Virus record (IMG/VR): IMGVR_UViG_3300036939_000039
Span: 1 to 64,000 of that record
Length of the DNA: 64,000 bases
Reading direction: 5' to 3' (one strand)
Source: a virus
Notes under the pieces: generated by a model
The model's input: only the letters and a program-made list of their open reading frames with translations
The model's database searches: none
Told to the model about the DNA's origin: nothing
Made by a program: the position numbers and the translations under genes
Part shown: positions 51,457-60,250 of the stretch, in pieces
How positions within the stretch are numbered: position 1 is the stretch's first letter
Layout: each line of letters starts with the position of its first letter

Positions 51457-51672
51457 TTATTTTTGATTGCGCTCTTTAATTTTCCGTCGAAGATAAGAAG
51501 CGATTTTTGCATTAGAAGGGATATTTTGACGCTTTCTGGAGTAGACAGAATTTTGACGTTTTACTTCTACCCAATCTAATCCAAGCTGGTGACTAATACA
51601 GCATAAATCCTCAAGAAAAAATTGCTGCCACTTACACCAAGGCATTTGGCTCAATTGCTTCAAATCGTACAT
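51457..51672 (-). CDS. hypothetical small basic protein
   Basis: 71-aa ORF with an AAGGA SD. Confidence 0.45.
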   Translation of the reverse strand: MYDLKQLSQMPWCKWQQFFLEDLCCISHQLGLDWVEVKRQNSVYSRKRQNIPSNAKIASYLRRKIKERNQK

Positions 51673-51705
51673 TTTTGTGAGTCCTTTTTAGGGTTAGCCT
51701 ACTTT

Positions 51706-51719
51706 GTCTAATATTAGAC
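51706..51719. repeat. 14-bp palindrome (exact)
   Basis: Lies 33 nt upstream of the ATG at 51672 (minus strand). Confidence 0.97.
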
Positions 51720-51919
51720 TGATGCGATCGCTTTGTAATTACCGCAGATAACTTGATGCTTTTGCATTTGGTTTAATCGAACACCCCGAAGCATCAGTTC
51801 ATATTCCACTAGCTGGACATTGCCGGAGGCGATCGCTTTTTTTCAATGAGAGCTTTTGCTGTAGGAGAGCATAGAGTATCAAGGATAAACAAGGCGTCCT
51901 ACAGCGAACCGAACCTAGG

Positions 51920-52417
51920 TTAAGACACAATTACATCGCGATTTTTGTTGAGCCATGCAGGAACATCGCCTGACACAGTCACGCCAGATACGGCGATCGC
52001 TGCAACTAAAGTCGCCATTGACGAAGCATCAAAATGTCTTTCAAGAGCGATCGCCATTTCTCCATCAATACGAGCAGTCCGAATAGAATAAGTAATCCCA
52101 TAGGCAATTTCTCTAAATGAATATGGAAAAATTTCTCCTTTGTAACTAGCAAGCCGATAAACTTCCTTAAGCAACCAATTAGCAGTTTGAGTCTTTTTAA
52201 GACGAGATTTTATCTTGAGTGCTTTTTTAATTGCTAGGGCAACTTCTTTTGCGCTAGACGGCTTGATAATTGCGTTTAAGCTAACAAAGCGAGCACCTTT
52301 GCCAGCAATGACAACAAACCAGACATTAGACCAGCGCTGAATCTTCTTAATTGCACCCGTCGAGACTTTAAAAAAAGCAGCAAACTGAGAGGTGAGGGAA
52401 GGAACGAAAGCTGTCAT
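51920..52417 (-). CDS. hypothetical protein (N-terminus paralogous to 40595..40912)
   Basis: 165-aa ORF. See the shared block under 40595..40912. Confidence 0.5.
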   Translation of the reverse strand: MTAFVPSLTSQFAAFFKVSTGAIKKIQRWSNVWFVVIAGKGARFVSLNAIIKPSSAKEVALAIKKALKIKSRLKKTQTANWLLKEVYRLASYKGEIFPYSFREIAYGITYSIRTARIDGEMAIALERHFDASSMATLVAAIAVSGVTVSGDVPAWLNKNRDVIVS

Positions 52418-52447
52418 AAAGCGAAGCGAAGGTTGGTTGATATGTCT

Positions 52448-52476
52448 AATCTAACACCCTCTTACTAAGCTGTCAA
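52448..52476 (-). promoter_or_regulatory. promoter with GGGTGTTAGATTAGAC motif
   Basis: Minus-strand reading is TTGACA (52476-52471), 17 nt, TAGATT. The -10 region runs directly into a palindrome half-site, ATTAGAC. Confidence 0.55.
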
Positions 52477-52508
52477 TATTTGCGATAACAAAACGCAGAT
52501 TACATCCA

Positions 52509-52522
52509 GTCTAATATTGGAC
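52509..52522. repeat. palindrome variant GTCTAATATTGGAC (1 mismatch)
   Basis: Lies 32 nt from the -35 box and 47 nt after the Rep stop. Confidence 0.9.
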
Positions 52523-52569
52523 AGCGATCGCAACATCGATTGACTTTTAGAAAGAAATCCCAGATAATA

Positions 52570-53988
52570 CTAGGCTTCTTTTGTGGCTACCTCTTCAGCC
52601 TTAGATTTAGCACGCTTTAAAATCGCTTGAATCTCTGGCTTAAGTTTTGTGGGGTCTAATGGTTTGCGCTCTATGTTCACTTCTTGGGGGTCAGGTGCAG
52701 CTACAGGAGGTGTTAGGGGGGTTATTGGTATATTTGCTTGTTTGGTGAAATTCGTGAGGCTTACAGGGGTTTTAAACTTAGAGGCGTTTTGTGCAGCTTG
52801 CTGTGCCATGAGCTTGATAGCGATCGCGCTATCCGCACTGGATGCATTCTTGCTAAGTCCCTGACGAATGAAATCAGCCTTAGCTACGTCTTCATTCTTT
52901 AGCCACTCTTCCCACTGCTGGACAGCTATACAAAGCCCCTGCCACTTGGTTGCATCCCTCTCAAAACTCCTGACTGTATTGAATGCAGCGTCTATCTTCC
53001 CTGAGTCCTTCCACTTGGTCAGTGCGTAATGCTTTAAAAACCCTGGGTCAATGTCGTTAGGACTAGAACAGAGGATCAGGCTACTCTTCCGATACTTGGC
53101 GACTATCGAACCCATGACGCGATCGGCTAGCGCCTTGAGTTCATCTTCAGTTGTATATCCCAAACTAGCGCCAGAGTCCAATAAGTCCTCTAGTTCATCT
53201 ATTCGCTTTGCACTTACAAGTAGTTTGACTTTCCCGGTTTTGTTATCACGCGGCGCGGCGCTTGTTGATTCGCTACCAGATTTTGGTTCTTGGGTCGAGT
53301 CTTTTATTTCTTTATCAACGAAGGGATAAACATTATCTACTTCTGCTGGCTGTTCAAAAATTTCTTCAACAAAGACATCCGCTTTTTTGTGTGTGTCGCT
53401 TTCCATACATTGGATTTCCTTAGAAATTGGATTTCCTTCTATATGGATTTCCTTAATATGGGGTAGTGAGTCACTACTACCCTGGTAGTCATTCACTACT
53501 ACCCCTGGTAGTGAGTCACTACTACCCTGGTAGTCATTCACTACTACCCCCCCTGGTAGTCGCTCACTACCACCCCTTTCTTTCTTAGTAAAACGGTTGC
53601 CGTTGAAAGTCCCTTTTTTACGGGATAATTCGGGTTTTGCCGTAGGGGTGGTAAACCAGTCAGAGTAGTCAGTGAGTATATAGAGGTTGCTGCTGGCTGA
53701 GCCGTTATCTCTGTATTGCGGTTGCTTGATGACCATGTTCCAGGCAGTAAGTTCCTTAATTGCCGCGATCGCCTTTTGCCTTAGAGATTCGGTCGAAGAT
53801 TCTGGATAGGAACCCCGAAAACATTGTTCTCCCATTGTTCGGTAAGAAGGAAATGCTGATGCCCCCTTACCTGTCCGTCTAATTAAGTGGCAGTAAACCC
53901 GAAAGGCTTCCAGTGTTAAGGTTAGGTCATCCAGGTGACTATCAAAATACGTTTGACCTCTACGCTGGTCTAGCAATGTGTCTGTCAT
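52570..53988 (-). CDS. replication initiator-like protein (N-terminal winged-HTH, internal iterons)
   Basis: AFRVYCHLIRRTGKG...PSYRTMGEQC...AIKELTAWNMVIK...NLYILTD fits the phage Rep/HTH_36-type pattern. A tandem 14-aa repeat is encoded by DNA iterons. Confidence 0.55.
   Translation of the reverse strand: MTDTLLDQRRGQTYFDSHLDDLTLTLEAFRVYCHLIRRTGKGASAFPSYRTMGEQCFRGSYPESSTESLRQKAIAAIKELTAWNMVIKQPQYRDNGSASSNLYILTDYSDWFTTPTAKPELSRKKGTFNGNRFTKKERGGSERLPGGVVVNDYQGSSDSLPGVVVNDYQGSSDSLPHIKEIHIEGNPISKEIQCMESDTHKKADVFVEEIFEQPAEVDNVYPFVDKEIKDSTQEPKSGSESTSAAPRDNKTGKVKLLVSAKRIDELEDLLDSGASLGYTTEDELKALADRVMGSIVAKYRKSSLILCSSPNDIDPGFLKHYALTKWKDSGKIDAAFNTVRSFERDATKWQGLCIAVQQWEEWLKNEDVAKADFIRQGLSKNASSADSAIAIKLMAQQAAQNASKFKTPVSLTNFTKQANIPITPLTPPVAAPDPQEVNIERKPLDPTKLKPEIQAILKRAKSKAEEVATKEA
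53411..53454. repeat. three direct TGGATTTCCTT repeats (period 16-17 nt)
   Basis: Copies at 53411, 53428 and 53444, inside the Rep-like gene. Confidence 0.9.
53462..53576. repeat. five iterons of 22-26 nt (GGTAGTGAGTCACTACTACCC-type)
   Basis: Units start at 53462, 53484, 53507, 53529 and 53555. Each contains the small inverted repeat GTAGTG..CACTAC. Confidence 0.9.
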
Positions 53989-54033
53989 GGCAGTATGATG
54001 GTAGAGAGTGATTAGTTTGAGCTTTCTTTTTTT

Positions 54034-54073
54034 AAAGCGCCGCCCCCAAGTGACAAGAAGGGCGGCGCTTTTT
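54034..54073 (+). terminator. GC-rich hairpin terminator just outside the Rep start
   Basis: 12-bp stem aaagcgccgccc / gggcggcgcttt plus TTTTT. Confidence 0.65.
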
Positions 54074-54646
54074 CAATGGTACTGTATTTCCCTGAATTCC
54101 TAGGCAACAAACAAATAGATACTTCCCTGGTAAGCATTCGTGTTATACTCCCTTTACTTACTTAACTTTTGTGTGCGGTTTTCCGGTTTTGGGGACTTTG
54201 CATAAGACATAGCCCACTCTATAAGGACAATAGAGGGGCTATTTTGTTGGGTCAATCCCTTGCTGTTACTTAGCTATAGCGATCGCCTTTGATGTGATAG
54301 TATTGAATTGAATCTCATTAGTTGTGTTTGGCGCGTCCTTCGTTGGTTCGAGGCGCGTTTTTTATTGGATAATTTTTGTCTACTATTTTTGAGTAGCTTA
54401 AATTTCTGAGGCGATCGCTTTAAAAAAGACGATTGTCGCCTCAACGGCTTTTACGAAATTTTATCGCATCTAGCCTCTCGCTAGTATTGCCTATCTGATT
54501 AATTGCTCCTAAGATGGCTTCGCCTCCCGTAGGGCTAACGTCTAAGTCCTAGCATCTCGCTAGCATTTTTTTAGGTTATCGTACTTTTTCTTTGTTGTCA
54601 ATATATGGTTGATGGCAAGGAGCGATCGCTTAAATGTCGCGAGGAT

Positions 54647-54660
54647 GTCCAATATTGGAC
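54647..54660. repeat. symmetric double variant GTCCAATATTGGAC
   Basis: Still a perfect palindrome. Lies 8 nt upstream of GGTGTTAGATA (54669-54679). Confidence 0.85.
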
Positions 54661-54750
54661 AAATTCTTGGTGTTAGATATTGACGCTGGACGGTGTATTT
54701 GCCATTATAGTCGTAAAGCAAGCTATTTCCTTCACCGATTGTTTACGATA

Positions 54751-55146
54751 ATGCCTAAGCCCAGTAACCTTAATAACCTTTTGCTCCGACTGCAAGGATC
54801 TCGATTTGGAATAATCTATGACGTGGACGGCGAGCCTTGGATGCGAGCAAACCTAGTTTGCCGTTTCCTGGGCAAAAACAGTTGGCAGTCAGTCATGCAT
54901 TTTTGCAAGCCAAGCCAATATAAATATATTCAGGCTGGCAGAGGTAAGCCAACTCTTTACCTAAATGAATCAGGGTTCTATAGACTTCTTTTAATGTCAA
55001 AGACTCCGGTGGGATTTGAGGTACTGGACTGGGTAACAGAAGAGGTAATCCCAAGAATTAGGACAAAAGGAGTATTCATTGTCCCTGGTACTTCACCTAA
55101 GGCAATTGTCGATGAATGCGAGCACGTAGATTCCTTGGCTCACTAA
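54751..55146 (+). CDS. Bro-N domain protein (antirepressor family)
   Basis: DVDGEPWMRANLVCRFLG...LYLNESGFYRLLLMSKTPVGFEVLDWVTEEVIPRIRTKG fits Bro-N. ATG 54751 is preferred because the ORF-track start overlaps the palindrome and promoter. Confidence 0.7.
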   Translation: MPKPSNLNNLLLRLQGSRFGIIYDVDGEPWMRANLVCRFLGKNSWQSVMHFCKPSQYKYIQAGRGKPTLYLNESGFYRLLLMSKTPVGFEVLDWVTEEVIPRIRTKGVFIVPGTSPKAIVDECEHVDSLAH

Positions 55147-55167
55147 GTATATAGTTGCGCTTAGTTC

Positions 55168-55199
55168 AAACCCCTTGTCTAATATTAGACGAGGGGTTT
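55168..55199. repeat. exact 14-mer (55177-55190) embedded in a 32-nt hairpin
   Basis: AAACCCCTTGTCTAATATTAGACGAGGGGTTT with 15 of 16 arm positions pairing, followed by a T. Could terminate the Bro-N gene. Confidence 0.9.
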
Positions 55200-55334
55200 T
55201 AGGTCGCACTCTTACCTTAACTTAATTCAAAGGCATTAGAACTGCATTTGAGCAAGTGCTAGATACGCTGTAAAAGCTTGTGCATGTGCGGTAGGTATTA
55301 AAAGTCAATAGTTAACCCCTTTTTGGCGCTAGGA

Positions 55335-55571
55335 TTAAGGTTTAGATTGATTATTCTCTAGATTAATCGTTTCAATATTCTCGGACGTTATGTGCTCTGA
55401 TTTGACATAATTTTCCTGTTTAGCAAGTCCTCCACCGATTCCGATCAGCGTCAGACCTATATTGGTTCCCCCTTGGCGATCGCCTATCGCGTTTCCCAGT
55501 AGCCATGCCGTTAACCCCAACACAATAATGACGATTGGAGCAATTAAATTATTACCTTGTTTGGTGTGCAT
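55335..55571 (-). CDS. small two-TM membrane protein
   Basis: 78 aa, with IAPIVIIVLGLTAWLLGNAI and IGLTLIGIGGGLA. Confidence 0.45.
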   Translation of the reverse strand: MHTKQGNNLIAPIVIIVLGLTAWLLGNAIGDRQGGTNIGLTLIGIGGGLAKQENYVKSEHITSENIETINLENNQSKP

Positions 55572-55654
55572 TTTGTTGTATAAGGTGTTAGTTTAGTAAA
55601 GAAGTGAGGCAGGATAGCGCCGCCTCACAGTTTTGCACAATAAGGACTCTTTCA

Positions 55655-56020
55655 ATGCTACACCATGTACTGAGTGAACTACGCAAGGAATCTTTGGAGC
55701 AGATTGATGAGCTAAACGCCCGCATTCAAAGTTTAGATAGTAAACGCCAAGAGATCAGTGAGAATATTGCGATGATTGAGCAGTCTCGCTCCGAATGCCT
55801 TGATCGCCAACTAAAGCTGGAAGCAGCGATCGCTTCTCTGGAAGCAAACATTGACTCACTCGTTGATGTCGTATATGAAATTCAAAAGTTTAAGGGGTTT
55901 TACCTTGAAGCCCCTAACTTTGAAATTCCATTAAAAAAGCTTGTGTATGCCGCGCTTACGTGGGCAGACACAAAAGAAGAGTTTTTCGCAGTGTTGTCAC
56001 CGTGCGATGAGGAGCCATAA
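55655..56020 (+). CDS. coiled-coil protein
   Basis: ATG 55655 has an AAGGA SD. The ORF-track GTG at 55604 lies in a hairpin. The N-terminus is similar to 56141..56938. Confidence 0.5.
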   Translation: MLHHVLSELRKESLEQIDELNARIQSLDSKRQEISENIAMIEQSRSECLDRQLKLEAAIASLEANIDSLVDVVYEIQKFKGFYLEAPNFEIPLKKLVYAALTWADTKEEFFAVLSPCDEEP

Positions 56021-56030
56021 ACGATTGGTA

Positions 56031-56044
56031 GTCTAATATTAGAC
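56031..56044. repeat. 14-bp palindrome (exact)
   Basis: Lies 10 nt after the stop at 56020 and 5 nt upstream of TTGACA. Confidence 0.97.
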
Positions 56045-56049
56045 TTTCA

Positions 56050-56078
56050 TTGACAGAGCCTAGGCAGGGTGTTAGATT
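56050..56078 (+). promoter_or_regulatory. promoter with GGGTGTTAGATT motif
   Basis: TTGACA, 17 nt, TAGATT preceded by TGT. Confidence 0.6.
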
Positions 56079-56140
56079 AAGTAAAGGTAACGGGGGAAGT
56101 AAAGCCCCCGTTACGTACAAACATCGCCGAGGAAATAAAA

Positions 56141-56938
56141 ATGTTAACTCAATATCTTAAGTCGTTGTTAGAGCATGAGCAAAAAGCTGATGAGCGATTA
56201 TCTGCATTGCTAGAACAACGATGTGCGTTAGACGAGGAAATTGGGCTAACGAGAGCAGAGTGTCTTGATGTAAAGTGCAAGATCGAAAAATTCAAGAATG
56301 GCTGTGAGGATTTAGAGAAAGCGATCGCGCTGGCGGCTAAGGGGTTGCAACTCATTAATGAAGCGAATGGCGTTGCGACTCAAGATTTTTCGATAAAAGA
56401 AAGGTTCTGGGATTTAATCAAAGAAGCAATATTCTGTGATCCTCAGCCTGTACCAAATGCTGTTGTACCTGAGGGCGAATTTCCCGCTCCCTTGATTGAC
56501 AATAGTAGCCAGTCTAATATTGGACTGTCTACGGATACTGTCACTCCAGCTACTCCTTCTGATATTGCCGCAGATGAAATAGAAACAAGATTAGCTGAAG
56601 ACATAGTCGTTGTTGATAAAGGCATGGAATTAGCGACACAGGAGAGTGAAGTTAGTGTCCTTGAAAACTGCCCCAGCAAGGTAGAGGACGATCAAGCACA
56701 ATCTCCAGCAGGATCGCAGCCTTTATCACGAAGGGTTAGGACGAGAGCCAGTCATTTGCTAGGGTTTCGCGATCGCGTGCTGAGTAAAGCTGACATCAAG
56801 CGTATGCTTGTCAATTACAATATGGTCTCCTTTATGGAAGCGGTAAATCTAGAGCGATCGGGAGCCGATTTTTATATCGCTCTTGACAAGTGCTTGGACA
56901 AAATAGAGCAAAAACAAAAAGCAGGTAACGTCGTGTAG
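56141..56938 (+). CDS. hypothetical protein with coiled-coil N-terminus
   Basis: 265 aa with a GAGGA SD. Confidence 0.55.
   Translation: MLTQYLKSLLEHEQKADERLSALLEQRCALDEEIGLTRAECLDVKCKIEKFKNGCEDLEKAIALAAKGLQLINEANGVATQDFSIKERFWDLIKEAIFCDPQPVPNAVVPEGEFPAPLIDNSSQSNIGLSTDTVTPATPSDIAADEIETRLAEDIVVVDKGMELATQESEVSVLENCPSKVEDDQAQSPAGSQPLSRRVRTRASHLLGFRDRVLSKADIKRMLVNYNMVSFMEAVNLERSGADFYIALDKCLDKIEQKQKAGNVV
56512..56525. repeat. palindrome variant GTCTAATATTGGAC (1 mismatch), intragenic
   Basis: Read as S-N-I-G inside 56141..56938. Confidence 0.9.
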
Positions 56939-57001
56939 TTTTCTGCTTACTGGTTTGAAGCAGGGTGCTTTTCTTGAGTCACAAAAAATTACGAGGTATT
57001 A

Positions 57002-58012
57002 ATGATGATGCAATTTCCTTCCACTCCAAACCTTACTGCTGCACTGGCGATCGCTAAGTTATCGTTTGAGCCAATTATCGCCGACAGTAGCGCGGACTAC
57101 TCGACCAAGGCTGGTGGTCGGATTCGTTACGATTGGGCTGAATTAGATGACATTATTCCAGCCATTACTCCGGCGTTGTCTAATAATGGACTAACAATGG
57201 TTAGCCAAAATATTTATGTGGGCGACCCTTCCCTAGTTGGTGGCTCAGGTCGATTATATCTAGTCACGCGCTTACTGCATGTGTCAGGTGAAAGTCTCGA
57301 ATCGTACTACCCTTTGCCCCTTCCAGGGGATGATCCGAAATCGTTTGGGATTGCTTCAAAGTACGCACGCAGGTATAACACGCTAGCGCTTCTGGAGTTA
57401 AGCATTCTTGATGATGAAGAGTCAAAAAAGCAGCGTCGGCAAAAAATCGTAGGTGAAATCCAAAAAGATCTAACAGCACGACAATCAGGACGATCTGGCA
57501 GTGTAGGCAAGCAAAAAGTGCAGTCACCTACTTCATCCGAATCACTCTTGCCTGCATTGGCAGGTACATCAAAGAAAACTCAAGAGAAAGCTGTACCAAT
57601 GCCTCACCAGGAAGCCAAGTCAGCGCCTCAGTATTTACATCCTAAGCAAAATGCAGATATCAGGAAGCTGCGCGATCGCCTTGGCATTGATTCAGATTTT
57701 GTTTTAGGTAAAACTAATAATGTGCATCCAGGTAATCTTACTATCGAAGATTATCAAGCACTGGCAAAAGACATCGCTGTACACTGGGCAATCACTTCCA
57801 AGAAATTCGGTGATCGTAATGTTGCCCTAAATGATCTGGATGGGGCGTTACTTACTTTGCATGATTCGCAAAGGATGCCATTTATTGATGCCGTACATGG
57901 CTGGATTGATTCTCTTGAGGATGATTCCCCTGGGACAGCAGAAGATCTGCGCAAGGCTGAAGGGGATCGGTTAGCGCAAGCCATCAAGGATCGAGGTGTT
58001 CCAATAATCTAG
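57002..58012 (+). CDS. ERF-family single-strand annealing protein
   Basis: YDWAELDDIIPAITPALSNNGL ... LLHVSGES ... FGIASKYARRYNTLALL follows the ERF pattern (Y.y..l..v...v.p.L...Gl ... H.SGe ... G...TYarRY). Confidence 0.7.
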   Translation: MMMQFPSTPNLTAALAIAKLSFEPIIADSSADYSTKAGGRIRYDWAELDDIIPAITPALSNNGLTMVSQNIYVGDPSLVGGSGRLYLVTRLLHVSGESLESYYPLPLPGDDPKSFGIASKYARRYNTLALLELSILDDEESKKQRRQKIVGEIQKDLTARQSGRSGSVGKQKVQSPTSSESLLPALAGTSKKTQEKAVPMPHQEAKSAPQYLHPKQNADIRKLRDRLGIDSDFVLGKTNNVHPGNLTIEDYQALAKDIAVHWAITSKKFGDRNVALNDLDGALLTLHDSQRMPFIDAVHGWIDSLEDDSPGTAEDLRKAEGDRLAQAIKDRGVPII

Positions 58013-58050
58013 ATCAGCTTTTCTCAGCCTCAAGATTCCCGCAAATAAAT

Positions 58051-58080
58051 TTGACACCCTCCTAAAAAGGGTGTTAAATT
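58051..58080 (+). promoter_or_regulatory. promoter with GGGTGTTAAATT motif
   Basis: TTGACA, 18 nt, TAAATT. The spacer is itself a 7-bp inverted repeat, ACACCCT..AGGGTGT. Confidence 0.5.
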
Positions 58081-58097
58081 TAAGGAGTGAAGCAAAA

Positions 58098-58111
58098 GTC
58101 TAATATTAGAC
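58098..58111. repeat. 14-bp palindrome (exact)
   Basis: Here it lies downstream of the promoter, in the predicted 5' UTR of 58157..60229. Confidence 0.97.
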
Positions 58112-58156
58112 AAAGCTCATCAGCTAATACCACTAGATAAACCCAGGAATTAAACC

Positions 58157-60229
58157 ATGCCTGCAAAATCCAAGTCAGAACAAGTTAATAGCAAGCCTGC
58201 AAAAGCAAAACAATCCACAAAAGTCAAAGCAACTGACAAAAGCATTGCCTCTAACGAAGAGATGGCAATCCCAGTGGAAGTAATTCAGTCACTGGTGTCT
58301 GAGCAAGAAATGTCTGATTCAGAAATAGCCGCCAACCTTTCTAATGCGCTTGAGGCGTTTGATGTGCTACCAGAGGCAGATCAACAAAAAGAAATAGACA
58401 GAGTAAAGAACGAGAGCAAGTCTGGTAATACGGAAGAAGATCAGATTGTTGAGCTACCAATTGGTGATTACAAGATAATCATTTCAGGGAATTCAACTGA
58501 AGCGATCGCTAAAATCATTCGTGAAGACGATCTGATTTTTGAGGAAACGTATAATGCAGTTGAGTTGCCCCCTGTGGTAGGCAATACTAAGCGACTTACT
58601 GCTTTTGAGGCGGCTCATTTAAATGCGATCGCTGCCTATCACGAGGCAGTTTCAACAGCAGATGGACTTGTCGATATTAATGCGTTAGTTGAGCATCCGT
58701 ATAATTCCCTAATCTATGGTGACAACGAGCCTATCGATGATTTGGTTAACGTTTTACGGGAAGAGGATGGTCAAGTATTTCGTGTTGAAATTAACTCAAA
58801 AGGTCAGTTACTTGCTGGCAACCGTCGTATCAGGGCGGCGCGGTGTGTTAATCAAGAATTGATTGAGCAAGGAAAACTGCCGAAGTTTGAGTTTATTTCG
58901 TCTGAAGTGGTGAATTTTGCTTCGCCTGAAGCTGAATTTAAACACATGATCCTGCATAATAAGGTTCGGACAAAAACCAAAAAGCAGCTAGACGCTGAAA
59001 TAAAAAACCTAATTGCTTTGTCTACATGTCCATCAATCCCAGTTGACGCAAAGCTTACGTCATCGGAGATGATTGATCGCTTGCGTCAGGTGCTGGGACG
59101 TCAAGACGGCAAGATAGTATCTCGCGAAACGGCTTTTAAAGTCAAGCGAGTACATGATGCAACTGATACATATGAAGATGAAACCCTTAAAAGTGAAATT
59201 CGTTCATATGCTAACGAAGTGCCTGCAAAAGCAGCGGAGCTGGTTAAGCTAGAACCTCCAAAAGCAATTGATATTCCCAAGGAAGCCTATCAGGCAAAGG
59301 TGCTTGAACGAGTTCGAGCCAATCCAGCCGAATCTGTTAAACGCGCTTCAGAGGCGATCGCTTCTGAAATCATCAGTGATAAACTAGCTTCTACCACGGT
59401 GTCTGACGGCGATACAGCCACAACGTTGGCGCAGCTAATTCAGGCGGCAAAAGACGCAGGGGATATTCCTGGCGACAACAGAAAAACACCGGAAGAGTAT
59501 GCGGCGTTAGCACTCGATTGCATGGGTGTAATCGATCTGGATTCATTCGCGATGCTTACCGATCCGGGCTACATTCCAGCAAGAAATCGGTATACTATCT
59601 TAGACAATGCTTTTACACAAGAGCACTGTGGGAACGTGTTCGCTAATCCTCCCTACTCTAAATCAAGCGAAGCGATCGCCTTGCTTGATGGACAAATATG
59701 TGCAGGAAATGTTAAGAAGCTGTTTCTAATACTTCCCGTGTCGGTTCAGTCTGGAAAATCCTACCAAAAGCTTTTGAAAGATCACAATCCTGTTATCTTG
59801 AAACCCAATAAAAGGCTGTCATTTGAGCCGGGAGAGCTACTTTTAGCCGAAAATCCTAACGCAAAAGGAGACGGAAACAGAGAGCCATCAGTTATTGTGT
59901 TCTGGAGTGCTAACTCGGATGACTATCAGACCTTCCATGACGCAGCTTATTTGCTAGGTTGGGTAGGACGCGCTTTCTCCCTCTTTAATCCCTTCCAGTT
60001 ACCAGCAGTCCTTAATAAGATTACTTGGCACGAGGGGGATGATCACGGTAAGTTTTCTGCTACTGTTTTTGGGGTTGCAGTTCAAGTACTGGCTGAAGAA
60101 GGCGGAGGATTTAGCATCAAACTGAATAATCATCATGATAAAACCCTGACACTTCCAAACGAACAAGTGGCAAAGCGACTGGCAATTATGGGCGCGATCG
60201 CCTTACTAGATCCCGGCTCTACTTTCTAG
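58157..60229 (+). CDS. ParB-like nuclease domain fused to N6-adenine DNA methyltransferase
   Basis: QLLAGNRRIRAAR (ParB/Srx-type GxRR motif) in the N-terminal half. NVFANPPYS (NPPY motif IV) in the C-terminal half. Confidence 0.7.
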   Translation: MPAKSKSEQVNSKPAKAKQSTKVKATDKSIASNEEMAIPVEVIQSLVSEQEMSDSEIAANLSNALEAFDVLPEADQQKEIDRVKNESKSGNTEEDQIVELPIGDYKIIISGNSTEAIAKIIREDDLIFEETYNAVELPPVVGNTKRLTAFEAAHLNAIAAYHEAVSTADGLVDINALVEHPYNSLIYGDNEPIDDLVNVLREEDGQVFRVEINSKGQLLAGNRRIRAARCVNQELIEQGKLPKFEFISSEVVNFASPEAEFKHMILHNKVRTKTKKQLDAEIKNLIALSTCPSIPVDAKLTSSEMIDRLRQVLGRQDGKIVSRETAFKVKRVHDATDTYEDETLKSEIRSYANEVPAKAAELVKLEPPKAIDIPKEAYQAKVLERVRANPAESVKRASEAIASEIISDKLASTTVSDGDTATTLAQLIQAAKDAGDIPGDNRKTPEEYAALALDCMGVIDLDSFAMLTDPGYIPARNRYTILDNAFTQEHCGNVFANPPYSKSSEAIALLDGQICAGNVKKLFLILPVSVQSGKSYQKLLKDHNPVILKPNKRLSFEPGELLLAENPNAKGDGNREPSVIVFWSANSDDYQTFHDAAYLLGWVGRAFSLFNPFQLPAVLNKITWHEGDDHGKFSATVFGVAVQVLAEEGGGFSIKLNNHHDKTLTLPNEQVAKRLAIMGAIALLDPGSTF

Positions 60230-60250
60230 GCTTTTGCTCTCTTCATGAAT

